64,000 nucleotides of DNA from an uncultured Nitrososphaerota archaeon (GTDB taxonomy: Archaea; Thermoproteota; Nitrososphaeria; Nitrososphaerales; Nitrosopumilaceae): positions 1,696,001 to 1,760,000 of the forward strand of contig OY969559.1 of assembly GCA_963701075.1 (NCBI GenBank), written 5' to 3'. The notes beneath the pieces were generated by a model that searched no databases, was not told where the DNA came from, and saw nothing but the letters and a program-made list of their open reading frames with translations. Of this stretch, positions 9,719-19,243 are shown one piece after another (positions within the stretch are counted from its first letter, which is position 1; each line of letters starts with the position of its first letter). The position numbers and the translations under genes are program-made.

Positions 9719-10336
9719 GATATAATTTCAAGACTGGTGCTCTCAATATGTCTTGCTAGAAGATTCAGAAAATTATTGCGGTTTGATTTCAAACTAGTTA
9801 ATGCTCTAGCTTTACTCCTTTTGACAGATCGTCAGTTTTAGTATTTTTGAGTGTATACGCATCTATCAGCATGGCTATTTTCAGGAGAAAAGTTGCTCCA
9901 AACTCTTCATCCTTAGAAGAAATAGATCTCCAGATTGTGATATAATCCCAATAATTTTCCTTATCAATAGAATGTCGGGCAGCAAGACTCCCATAGCCTT
10001 CTAGCAAGATCAGTGGTTTCCTCAGTTTTATCTGAATTTGACATGTTATCTTTGTCAATTTTCTATATCTTATACCCCCCTTCAGATTATCAACATTGGA
10101 AATAAAAAAGGCAACAACCTAAGCAGGATTCAGATCTTGATGATCCTTTGGTCACCAGTTTTCTTCAAAACACATTCCTTTCGGATCTGTTTTTTCTTGC
10201 TTGGTTATTACCTATACATTATACCACATTGATTAATAAAACAATGATCTAGATTTTCATTTTTGATAATCAGCGATGCAGCAAGGAACAAACTCTTACA
10301 GGCCTGAACCCTGTAAGACTCAAGCATACCAACATC

Positions 10337-10471
10337 TCAAAGCGATGGAGCAGTTGCAATGCCATCGCATTTGGTACAACGTCGTGATGTGAATGGCTCT
10401 CCAAGTTTCATAGTTACATCAAACTGATTTTTACATTTACCACATGTGTATGGAACTTGGATTGTAGTCAT
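10337..10471 (-). CDS. Small zinc-ribbon protein (44 aa), absent from the ORF track
   Basis: MTTIQVPYTCGKCKNQF...RRCTKCDG; two CxxC pairs. Confidence 0.6.
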   Translation of the reverse strand: MTTIQVPYTCGKCKNQFDVTMKLGEPFTSRRCTKCDGIATAPSL

Positions 10472-10588
10472 ATTCGATAGAAAACTTCGCCTTTATTTGC
10501 ATAAGAATTAGGAGGGAAATTATCAAAAGTGGAATTCAACAAATATGGAACCCCGTAAGACTCTATCTTCGTCTCTGAAATTAGCATT

Positions 10589-11005
10589 CTACCTTACAAC
10601 CATTACGGGACAGTTAGCATGATGCATCACCTTTTGTGATACACTGCCAATTAACAGTTCTTGAAAAGATGACCTGCCTCTTGTCCCCATAATGATAAGA
10701 TCGTAGCTTTTTGCTTTTGCTAGTTCAATTATGACCTTGGCAGGATCTCCTTGCATTATCGTTATTTGCATAGATGTGTTACTTTTTGCAGCTTCAATCC
10801 TGTATTCTTCTAACATTTTCATGGCCTTGTCTTTGAGATCCTCAATTATCTCAAATGTATTAGCGCTGTCGCCCCCTACCTCGCATTGTACTACATGAAC
10901 TAGATCTAGTTTCGAATTGCATTTTTGAGCAAGATAGATTGCTCTCTGAAATGCTTTATTTGCCGATTCAGAACCGTCCACTGCTACCAGTATGTTTGAG
11001 AACAT
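10589..11005 (-). CDS. Universal stress protein (UspA family)
   Basis: ILVAVDGS, GDPA..I, DLIIMGTRG...IGSVS..V..HA.CPV.VV. Confidence 0.93.
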   Translation of the reverse strand: MFSNILVAVDGSESANKAFQRAIYLAQKCNSKLDLVHVVQCEVGGDSANTFEIIEDLKDKAMKMLEEYRIEAAKSNTSMQITIMQGDPAKVIIELAKAKSYDLIIMGTRGRSSFQELLIGSVSQKVMHHANCPVMVVR

Positions 11006-11253
11006 TGGATTGATACGTGGTTGTATCTAATATTGTTGATCCTGTTTATCGTATGATCAGTATCTTTTTGTGCTAGTTTGTCCATATTAGAGATAAGACA
11101 TGAAGAATAAACCACATTTGGTGGGCTACGAACCCATCATGGTGGAAATTTGTTCTAGTCTTTAATTTTTTTATTTTTCACATTTTTTGCAAGTAAGACT
11201 TGGCAAGGCCTGAAGATTTAGACTCCACAGGTCTGAATTCAATTTGTTAATTT

Positions 11254-11520
11254 TTACCAATAGGCACTTTCACTTTGTGTAGAAGAAGAATCTTTTCTAT
11301 CCATATTGACATATTCTCTGACGCCTTCAAGATCCTTGAATATGCCTTCAGGAGCAAAAACAGAAGGAGCTTTTGTAGTCGGGAGATCACCACAGCAACT
11401 TTCAGCAAATTTTCTCATGTCATATTCAACATACTCGATCCCGCTAGTTTTCAAAAGAATTACAGCTTCCTGTGATTTCTCTGAACCGTCTATCAGTAGA
11501 ACAGGTTTACGCTTTATCAT
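11254..11520 (-). CDS. Small glutaredoxin/thioredoxin-fold-like protein
   Basis: LL...GIEY.EYD and APSVF...G.F pattern; SCC motif; start uncertain. Confidence 0.5.
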   Translation of the reverse strand: MIKRKPVLLIDGSEKSQEAVILLKTSGIEYVEYDMRKFAESCCGDLPTTKAPSVFAPEGIFKDLEGVREYVNMDRKDSSSTQSESAYW

Positions 11521-11564
11521 AAAAATTAAACCATCTTGCAAAAAATTAAGGTTTCCTAAAACCT

Positions 11565-11981
11565 TTACTTCACTGTCCAAATATAATCGTCAAACCTGAG
11601 GAAGCTGTCGTACCATTTCAACGTTTTTCGGTGTCCCGCTAGGGAATATGTGACATCCCTGTGGTGTCCATTCCAGTGTTGCACAAACTCTTCTTTTGTG
11701 TCCTCTAGTTCTCCGAATTGGTTTTTGACAAAGTGTGATTCAAAATCAAGGCTAAACTTGTTGCACTTGTCACAATCACGAGCATAATGAGAAGTAAAGC
11801 CATAGGCCTCTCCCACAACGCATGTGTCTCGATTGTGAATGTCTAAAAACCACTTTATTTTAGTCAGAAATGGCACGGGCAATTTTGACAATCTTTGACT
11901 CCATGTAGGAGCAATCTGACTCAAGCCAATTGTAGATTCTTGGACCAGCTTGTTAGAATAGATTGCATTTGATTGCGCCAT
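11565..11981 (-). CDS. Hypothetical protein with possible metal-binding Cys/His residues
   Basis: P.W..RL, CVVGEAYGF, CDKC, FV.HWN..H motifs. Confidence 0.6.
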   Translation of the reverse strand: MAQSNAIYSNKLVQESTIGLSQIAPTWSQRLSKLPVPFLTKIKWFLDIHNRDTCVVGEAYGFTSHYARDCDKCNKFSLDFESHFVKNQFGELEDTKEEFVQHWNGHHRDVTYSLAGHRKTLKWYDSFLRFDDYIWTVK

Positions 11982-12082
11982 AGTTCTTTATGGCACAGAA
12001 ATTATTTAACATATGGACCTTATTATCATCTATGGTATCTATCTTAACATTATTTAATAATTAGAAGAATATCAATAACTCC

Positions 12083-12667
12083 ATGACTAAAGGAGAAGTT
12101 CCGAACATTGTCGCCCTTGAAGTCCTAAAAAAGAACGGTGTAAACATAGAGAAGTTGAAAGAACTAATCACTAAAGGAGTAGGTGCAGAGTTTACGACAT
12201 ACTACTACTATACCATACTTCGTATGCACTGTACAGGACTTGAAGGAGAAGGCATAAAGGAAATCGTAGAAGACGCCAGAATAGAGGACAGAAACCACTT
12301 TGAAGCAATGGTGCCCAGATTGTACGAGTTGGGCGGAAGCCTGCCAAGAGACATTAGAAAGTTTGCAGACCAGGCAGGTTGTCCAGATGCTTATCTACCA
12401 GACAACTGGGAAGATATCAATTCCATCCTGAAAGTACTGCTTGAGGCAGAACAGTGTGCAATACGCTCATGGGGAGAGGTCTGCGATATGACCACAGGAA
12501 AGGATCCCAGAACGTATGACATTGCACAGAGAATAATGCAGGAAGAAGTGGAGCACGAAGCATGGTTCATAGAATTGTTGTCCAAGAGGCCGTCAGGACA
12601 CTTTAGAAGAAAATTCGCTGGACAATCACCGCATACTGGATCGCAAGGCGGTATGATACACCTCTAA
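12083..12667 (+). CDS. dpsL: DPS-like ferritin-superfamily protein (DpsL)
   Basis: [20 protein letters not shown], Cys pair near C.DA.LP / [21 protein letters not shown]. Confidence 0.92.
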   Translation: MTKGEVPNIVALEVLKKNGVNIEKLKELITKGVGAEFTTYYYYTILRMHCTGLEGEGIKEIVEDARIEDRNHFEAMVPRLYELGGSLPRDIRKFADQAGCPDAYLPDNWEDINSILKVLLEAEQCAIRSWGEVCDMTTGKDPRTYDIAQRIMQEEVEHEAWFIELLSKRPSGHFRRKFAGQSPHTGSQGGMIHL

Positions 12668-12709
12668 GAATTGACTTAAATATTTTCCAATTTTTTATTT
12701 TTTATAATC

Positions 12710-13081
12710 ATGACAGATTTTACCAAAATGACTCGATATCCGGTCTGTAAAAGTGGGGAATTGGCTGACAATACCATGCAAAAAGCCACCATCAATACCA
12801 TCGATGTTCTAATAGGAAGAAAAAATGGAAAATTATTTGCATGTAACAACTCTTGTCCTCACAAGGCGGCCTCTCTTTCAAAGGGACATTTTAGCGGAGA
12901 CAACATAGTGTGTTACATGCATGGATACGAATACAATCTTTTTACCGGAAAGCTGGAAAAAATGAGTTCGTGGAAAAAGGAAGATACATGGGTTGAGCAG
13001 GATCCAGAATGGAGAAAATCAGGGGATTTAGTTTTGTATTCCATTTCAGAAGAAGACGGGATGGTTTATGTCACTCTATAG
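12710..13081 (+). CDS. Rieske [2Fe-2S] ferredoxin
   Basis: CPH...L..G...CYMHG..Y...TG. Confidence 0.88.
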   Translation: MTDFTKMTRYPVCKSGELADNTMQKATINTIDVLIGRKNGKLFACNNSCPHKAASLSKGHFSGDNIVCYMHGYEYNLFTGKLEKMSSWKKEDTWVEQDPEWRKSGDLVLYSISEEDGMVYVTL

Positions 13082-13148
13082 GCTGTGCAGAATTCTGTGA
13101 AAGGTCTGAATCCTCGATTGAATCCTATAAGACTTGTAAATCAAAATT

Positions 13149-13607
13149 TTACGCCAACGGGAATCTGAAATCTTCCTTAATCTTCTCTAAAACAATGTGA
13201 GTGTTTGTCCTGTAGACTGAAGGATTGTCCAATAATTCTTTTGTAAATTTGCCCAGTTCACTTGTATTTTTGAAGCTTCCAACTACTATACAATCCGAGG
13301 TTCCAGTAGTGTCGTATACCTCATATATATTGGAAATTTGTGCCATTTTTTTTTCAAGTTCTGCCAGATTCTTGGTTACTGTTATCTCGATTATGGCAGT
13401 TATATCATAGCCCAATTTCTTGTGGTCAACAACTAGGGAGTAGTTCTTTATTATTCCCCGAGATTCCATGTCTTTTACTCGTTTGAGCACGGTGTTCGGT
13501 GAAATTCCAAGAATGCCGGCTAGCTGATTGTATGAACGTCTTGAATTCTTTGAGAGTTCGCCAAGTATTTGCTCATCGATCTTATCAAATGTCATACTAA
13601 TATGCAT
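13149..13607 (-). CDS. Lrp/AsnC family transcription regulator
   Basis: N-terminal HTH (D.ID..IL..L....R.SY..LA..LG.S..TV..R) and RAM domain (VYDTTG..D). Confidence 0.9.
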   Translation of the reverse strand: MHISMTFDKIDEQILGELSKNSRRSYNQLAGILGISPNTVLKRVKDMESRGIIKNYSLVVDHKKLGYDITAIIEITVTKNLAELEKKMAQISNIYEVYDTTGTSDCIVVGSFKNTSELGKFTKELLDNPSVYRTNTHIVLEKIKEDFRFPLA

Positions 13608-13694
13608 GATTATGCAATAATTAAGTATTATTAGGGATATTTATATATCAAATTATCAGTTATCCGTATATTCACCCTCAACGTATTGTAATAC

Positions 13695-13907
13695 ATGCAA
13701 GTTCATTCAAGAAGACTTGACAGAGAGAACCGCGGGGGATCCCGTAAACTGTACAGATGGATAGGAATTGCCATAATCGTGGTTGCAATACTTGTGGCCA
13801 TAGGCATAGTAAGTATCCACTACGCAGAAGGTAATTCCCTTGTCAATCAGATATGCTACCACAAGGGCGCGCATTTCTGTTTCTTTCCAAAAGTGACGAT
13901 GCCATAA
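13695..13907 (+). CDS. Small single-TM membrane protein
   Basis: Basic N-terminus, one hydrophobic helix, Cys pair. Confidence 0.5.
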   Translation: MQVHSRRLDRENRGGSRKLYRWIGIAIIVVAILVAIGIVSIHYAEGNSLVNQICYHKGAHFCFFPKVTMP

Positions 13908-13924
13908 GAGGATCGAAATAGAAG

Positions 13925-14086
13925 ATGCAGTCTCCTGTTGTCAGACAGAACTATGCCTGGCTTCCAGTATTGCGCAAAGGAACTTGTTGGTTTTGCCAGA
14001 CATCATGCGATATGATCAGATACACTCATGAAGAATGCATATTGAATTATTTCAGAAAGACAAGATACGATAGATACATCTCGTGA
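13925..14086 (+). CDS. Small putative Zn-finger protein (53 aa), absent from the ORF track
   Basis: CWFC...HEEC spacing; ATG start 17 nt after the previous gene. Confidence 0.45.
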   Translation: MQSPVVRQNYAWLPVLRKGTCWFCQTSCDMIRYTHEECILNYFRKTRYDRYIS

Positions 14087-14095
14087 TATTTTATC

Positions 14096-15646
14096 TCAGC
14101 ATCTAAAATTTTCTAATTGGTTTTGTAATGAGTTTAATTGATTATACATTTGCGTATCTTGTTGGTATTCTTGGTCAGAGGTGGCAACACTTGGTCTGCC
14201 ATCATATTGAGTCTTTAATGTATTATATTGTTGTTGCAATTGATTGTATTGAGTAAGCTGAGTCGAGGTGCACGCATAGTATACCTTGTTAGACTCGAAT
14301 CCTTCTGGAACCATTGGGGAAGATTTTGTTATCGAATATGATGTTACTGGAAATTGCCCCCCACTATCCTCCAAAAACACTACAACAGTGTAAACTCCCG
14401 GCTGTGTAACTAATGGAGAAAGGTCAAAGGAAACAGATACGTAATTGCCCTGTTGTGTCCATTTGTCAGCAACCTCAAAAGTTTCGTTACTTGGAGTATA
14501 ATATTCACCAGCTTGTGGCGGCGGCTGTATGATTGCAAGTTGATTTCCCATTTCGTAAGACCTGTCATTTTTATGCTCTTGATAAGTTTCAGGTGTTGGC
14601 AGGGGATCATAGTATATTCCAATGTTTTGAAAAGAACCAGATGTTAGATTCCCTGAAAAACTGACAGTCCCGTTGTTTTCTATAATTGGCAAAGTGTAGT
14701 CTATGTAATTATTTTCAAAGTTTTGTACCATGTAAAATGAATATTTAGCATAAGCAATTCCGATGCTTACATCTGTATGATGTTTATCCAATATGTTATC
14801 TCTATGATCCCAGTTAGAAGCTTGATCATTGTACATCATGGCATATTCTGATGAGTTTAGGGATTGTTTTGGATCGATTTGCGTGCAAATGACATTTGGA
14901 CTGCTGCATTGTGGTATGTTTTGATAGCCGTCAAAAGCTGCATTTTGTGCCACATACCCAAGCCCTCCAAATCTGGTATAAACCATATATGGTTTTTCAC
15001 CATCGCTTAGATAATGAGACAAGGTTCCCATTTTCAGCATGTCATCAGCATGAACTTGAGCGGCTTGATTGTTGCTAAGCGATACTGGATTCAGGCCATA
15101 GTTTGCTCGATCATTATTAATCAGTTTTAGAGCATAGGCGTACAATTGTTCCAATTGTGGAGAGATTTTCCCAACGGCGTTTGTTGGCGTAGAGACTGGC
15201 TCATTATTACCTAGCAAAGGCAAGGAGGAGTTTTGCAATGTACTACCTTGCGGTGTTATGTTTTGAGATGGTAAGACAGCATTATTTTCCGATATGCCGA
15301 TGGATATTATGCCATTATCTATCAGCCACTGAATGTCATGCAACAATTCATCGTTGCTAATATTTCCCTCGGTCCACCATCCGGCTATTTGTTTGAACCA
15401 AAATGGTATGTGCGTCGTTTGCGAATAACTAGTCTGTGGTATGTGGATCAATCCATGAATGCTAAGATACTGAATGTCTTTTGCAAAGTCGGTATCTTGC
15501 AAGGATCCTTGTATCCAATACATCACGTCATTTTTTATCGCAATTGGAAGCGATGTGTCACCAGAGGCAAAATTTTCGCCCCATGATGACGCAATAATAA
15601 TGGAAACTAGAAAGAGAATGACTATGGATTTGCTGTTTTTCAACAT
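14096..15646 (-). CDS. Secreted CAP/SCP-domain protein with AOA IPxW-type surface domain
   Basis: IN.DR...GL..V, AQ.HADDM....SH, HRDNIL...H..V.IG; N-terminal IPFWFK..AGWW..G.IS. Confidence 0.85.
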   Translation of the reverse strand: MLKNSKSIVILFLVSIIIASSWGENFASGDTSLPIAIKNDVMYWIQGSLQDTDFAKDIQYLSIHGLIHIPQTSYSQTTHIPFWFKQIAGWWTEGNISNDELLHDIQWLIDNGIISIGISENNAVLPSQNITPQGSTLQNSSLPLLGNNEPVSTPTNAVGKISPQLEQLYAYALKLINNDRANYGLNPVSLSNNQAAQVHADDMLKMGTLSHYLSDGEKPYMVYTRFGGLGYVAQNAAFDGYQNIPQCSSPNVICTQIDPKQSLNSSEYAMMYNDQASNWDHRDNILDKHHTDVSIGIAYAKYSFYMVQNFENNYIDYTLPIIENNGTVSFSGNLTSGSFQNIGIYYDPLPTPETYQEHKNDRSYEMGNQLAIIQPPPQAGEYYTPSNETFEVADKWTQQGNYVSVSFDLSPLVTQPGVYTVVVFLEDSGGQFPVTSYSITKSSPMVPEGFESNKVYYACTSTQLTQYNQLQQQYNTLKTQYDGRPSVATSDQEYQQDTQMYNQLNSLQNQLENFRC

Positions 15647-15840
15647 GGTGAACTACTAATGAGCACTTAGATAAGCTAAACTGCTCTTGCTTTAATGAAA
15701 GTTATCACAATGAAAAACTTGTTTTAATTATTGTTACACTAATGAATCATATTGAAAATGTTTAATGAGAATTAAACAGTAGGGCTCTAACTTTCCTTAT
15801 TATGGCCGATGTTTTTCAGATTGCATAAATTCGTAACTTG

Positions 15841-18291
15841 TTATTGGCGTGTCTTTATCTTGTTCTCTAGCAGCTTGTAGATTGGCCCCTTTGCAAAGTC
15901 AGTTACCAAAAACCATGCAAGTGCGTAACCCCAGACAAATAATGCGTTATACCACCCTATTGCAGGTACTAAAATTCCTTGTGCGGTAATTATTGTTGCA
16001 GTTGTTTGTGTTGCAATTATTGCCAAAAATAACTTGGATGCAGGCTTTACTGTCCAGAAATGACCGCGAGTTCTTGCAACAAAAAATAACAGATGACCTG
16101 CAACTGATAACTTCAAGTAAACTAACGATTGCAATGGCCCTGTTTTCAATTCGAAAACATTCATTCCTATGTAAAGTAGACCAAAGGAAGAGATAACTCC
16201 TATCAAGCCAAGCGCCGTTGCAATTCCTAAAACCTTTCTCATTTCCCATCTTTCAGGTCTATTTGATATTCGTACATTGTCATATGCAATGGTCATGATT
16301 GGAACATCGTTTAGGATAGCTAGTAAGACTATCATTAGTGGAGTTATCGGATAGAAATTGAGGATCAGTATTGAAGAAACCAAGAAGAAGAGAATCCTAA
16401 TTGTCTCGCTTATGCGATATATCGCATAATTTTTCATTCGCTGAAATATTTTGCGACTTTCCTTGATTGCATCTATGATAACCGAAAGCCCAGGTTGAGT
16501 CAGAACTATGTGTGCTGCAGATTTTGCAACATCGGTTGCACCAAAAACTGCAATTCCAACGTCTGCCTTCTTTAGTGCAGGTGCATCGTTTACCCCGTCT
16601 CCAGTCATGCCAACAATGTGTCCCTTTGCCTGAAGCATCTCTACTATCTTGTACTTGTGCTCTGGAAAGACCTGTGCAAAACCGTCAGCTTGTTCTACAA
16701 TGCTTTGGATCTCCGTATCTGTCTTGTCAATTAATTGAGAGGCAGTTTGTATGTCAGTACCAAGATTCAACTCTCTTGCTATCTCTTTTGCGATATCAAT
16801 ATGATCCCCTGTTATCATCTTGATATCGATGCCCATAGTTTTGGCTTTCTCGATGGTATCCTTGGAATCTTCTCTCGGGGGATCATGCAATGAGATAATT
16901 CCTACAAACTCCCAGATTCCTTGCAAGTTTGTCCTTGCCACTCCAAGAGAACGGAATCCTTTTGATGCAAGTCTTTTTACACTCTCATCTACCTTTGCGG
17001 ATATGCCATCTTTGTTTAGCACAAGTGCAAGTATGGCCTGAGGTGCACCCTTTGACACCAACAATTCACTTCCCGAGGGATCTTCGACCTTTGATTCAAC
17101 CCTTTTTATTACAGGATCAAACGGTTTGAAAGAAAGTAGTTTGTAAGACTCGGATCTATCCAAGACATTTGAGGCCTTGGCTTTTGTAATTATTGCGTTA
17201 TCTATATGATCTCTGTCTTCACCCCTTGAGGCCAGAGTGGCAAACATCAACAGATCAGAGTCTGTGAATCCATCAAATATCACAAGATCTGCTACACTTA
17301 GATCATTTTTTGTCAGCGTTCCAGTCTTATCTGCACATAAAACATCAACACCTGCCATCTCCTCTATGGCCACAAGTTTGCTAACAAGTGCCTGTTTTTT
17401 TGCAAGCAAGGTAGCACCCACCGCCATTGTAACAGACATAACCGCAGGAAGTGCCGCAGGAATGGCAGCAATCATCAACACCACCGCAAATTGGAGCGTT
17501 TCAAGAAGACTCTCGTGTCTGAATATTGCTACCAGAAAGACAAGCGCGATTAGTCCGATTGCAAGGGCAATAAGGTAATTCCCTATTTTTATCAGGGCTT
17601 TTTGGAAATGACTTTTGGTCTTTGCTTCCACAACAAGTTTTGCAGTCTTTCCAAAGAATGTTCTCATCCCTGTGGAAACCACAAGTGCATTCATCTCGCC
17701 TTTTTGCACAATAGAGCCAGAATAGGCAACATCTGCAACATATTTTTCCACAGGCAGTGATTCGCCAGTAAGAGCAGATTCATCAACCGAAAGGTATTCG
17801 CCGTCAAAAAGTTTAATGTCTGCTGGAATGATGTCGCCAAGACGGACTCTTATTACATCAACCGGAACAAGCTCTTGTGAGGCAAGTTCAGCCCATTTAC
17901 CATCTCGTAGTACCCTAGCTTTGATGGCCAGCTTTTGTTTTAGAAGATCAATCGCATTATCTGCCTTATGTTCCTGAAAAAAGCCTACTATGCAGTTCAA
18001 CAATAAAAGTGCAATAATTACCCAGAAATCCTCCCAATGGGAAATAAGGGCAGAGATGGCAGAGGCAATTTCTATCATCCACGGAATTGGACCCCAAAAA
18101 TAACCAAGAATCTTTCTTAGTGGGTTTATCTTTTTTTCTTCAATCTTGTTGTAACCGTATTTTTCTAATCGATTCTTTGCTTCCTGCGAGCTTAAACCCT
18201 TATTGTCGCTTGAAAGAGAAGAAAATAGGGCTTCCAGCGAAGTATTTCTTATCTCGTCAACCGTGGGAGTCTTGTTATCCAGATCTATCAT
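15841..18291 (-). CDS. Plasma-membrane proton-efflux P-type ATPase (P3A)
   Basis: TGES, DKTGTLT, GDGVNDAPALK; P3A-type FWGPIPWMIE, IPAALP and M6 ILND. Confidence 0.92.
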   Translation of the reverse strand: MIDLDNKTPTVDEIRNTSLEALFSSLSSDNKGLSSQEAKNRLEKYGYNKIEEKKINPLRKILGYFWGPIPWMIEIASAISALISHWEDFWVIIALLLLNCIVGFFQEHKADNAIDLLKQKLAIKARVLRDGKWAELASQELVPVDVIRVRLGDIIPADIKLFDGEYLSVDESALTGESLPVEKYVADVAYSGSIVQKGEMNALVVSTGMRTFFGKTAKLVVEAKTKSHFQKALIKIGNYLIALAIGLIALVFLVAIFRHESLLETLQFAVVLMIAAIPAALPAVMSVTMAVGATLLAKKQALVSKLVAIEEMAGVDVLCADKTGTLTKNDLSVADLVIFDGFTDSDLLMFATLASRGEDRDHIDNAIITKAKASNVLDRSESYKLLSFKPFDPVIKRVESKVEDPSGSELLVSKGAPQAILALVLNKDGISAKVDESVKRLASKGFRSLGVARTNLQGIWEFVGIISLHDPPREDSKDTIEKAKTMGIDIKMITGDHIDIAKEIARELNLGTDIQTASQLIDKTDTEIQSIVEQADGFAQVFPEHKYKIVEMLQAKGHIVGMTGDGVNDAPALKKADVGIAVFGATDVAKSAAHIVLTQPGLSVIIDAIKESRKIFQRMKNYAIYRISETIRILFFLVSSILILNFYPITPLMIVLLAILNDVPIMTIAYDNVRISNRPERWEMRKVLGIATALGLIGVISSFGLLYIGMNVFELKTGPLQSLVYLKLSVAGHLLFFVARTRGHFWTVKPASKLFLAIIATQTTATIITAQGILVPAIGWYNALFVWGYALAWFLVTDFAKGPIYKLLENKIKTRQ

Positions 18292-18377
18292 CTTGTAGAT
18301 CTGTTTATTGGTATTAAAAAGATGATTTTGGAAGAATTATCAAAGTTTGTGTCTATAAGATTAGGAACTGATTTCAA

Positions 18378-18497
18378 CTAGTTAGCAGCAGCAACCAGTG
18401 GCGCTTCTTCTACTGGTTCCTCATGTAGTTCTTTTCGTGCTCTTGCCAGTACCATCCTGAGATGCTCAATTTCTATCTCATCAATCATTTCGCACAT
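18378..18497 (-). CDS. Small acidic protein (39 aa), absent from the ORF track
   Basis: MCEMIDEIEIEHLR...EEAPLVAAAN; TATA-like cttaagta about 25 nt upstream. Confidence 0.45.
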   Translation of the reverse strand: MCEMIDEIEIEHLRMVLARARKELHEEPVEEAPLVAAAN

Positions 18498-18539
18498 GGA
18501 TGCAAATACCAATACCTGATACTTAAGGTATATGAAAAT

Positions 18540-19202
18540 TCATGCAAGAATTCTAGATGTTTCCCCTTTTAGTGAAACAAGGTTTGTGCAGTATTCCTTC
18601 CACTGGTGTGTAAAGAGAATTTCCTTGTCTCCGTGGACATGACATCCAGTGAGAAATTTGTTTCCATCCTTTAATGAAAAGTCTACAACAAACTTTTCCT
18701 GCTCGTCGACTTTTCTAAAATACGTAGGTCGCAGTCCCATTGAATAAAGATCAATTACAAAGCTAAACGGGTTTGTTGGTTGCAGTTTGTCTTTTGCAGA
18801 TTCATATGCAATGTATCTTGCGGCATATTTTGCAGCGTCACGTGCTGCATCTCGTGCGGATTCACCTAAGACATACCCTCCACCATACCAACCATAGTTG
18901 TCGCGTGCACTGTAGCTTGCTTCTTTCCATGCATAATCCCATGCGGCGTCCCAGGTATTTGGCCTGCCAGATTTTACTGCTGCAATTCTTGCAAGGTCCC
19001 ACAAGGAATCGCTTGCATGTTGGATAGTATCACCGTCTCGCTGCCACGGTGCAAGCGCCTTGACATATTTATCTATGGCTTCGTTAACCTTTGGAATAAT
19101 TGAGTTTGCCTCATCGATAGTTCTTGCAGGAACAAAATACTTTATCGATTTTAGCTTGGATAGATGATCATTTATTGAAAGCGTTTCATTTGGTTGAGAC
19201 AA
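18540..19202 (-). CDS. Hypothetical protein with Ala/Trp/Asp helical repeats
   Basis: WDAAWDYAW and ARDAARDAAKYAA repeats; NPF....LY.MGL motif. Confidence 0.65.
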   Translation of the reverse strand: MSQPNETLSINDHLSKLKSIKYFVPARTIDEANSIIPKVNEAIDKYVKALAPWQRDGDTIQHASDSLWDLARIAAVKSGRPNTWDAAWDYAWKEASYSARDNYGWYGGGYVLGESARDAARDAAKYAARYIAYESAKDKLQPTNPFSFVIDLYSMGLRPTYFRKVDEQEKFVVDFSLKDGNKFLTGCHVHGDKEILFTHQWKEYCTNLVSLKGETSRILA

Positions 19203-19243
19203 TTCAATATCAGAACTTTTTGAGTTTTATATTAAGGCACCGT

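Noticed and set aside
9798-10232. ORFs 9798-10058 and 10038-10232
   Set aside because: No recognisable motif or good start; probably decayed gene remnants or chance ORFs.
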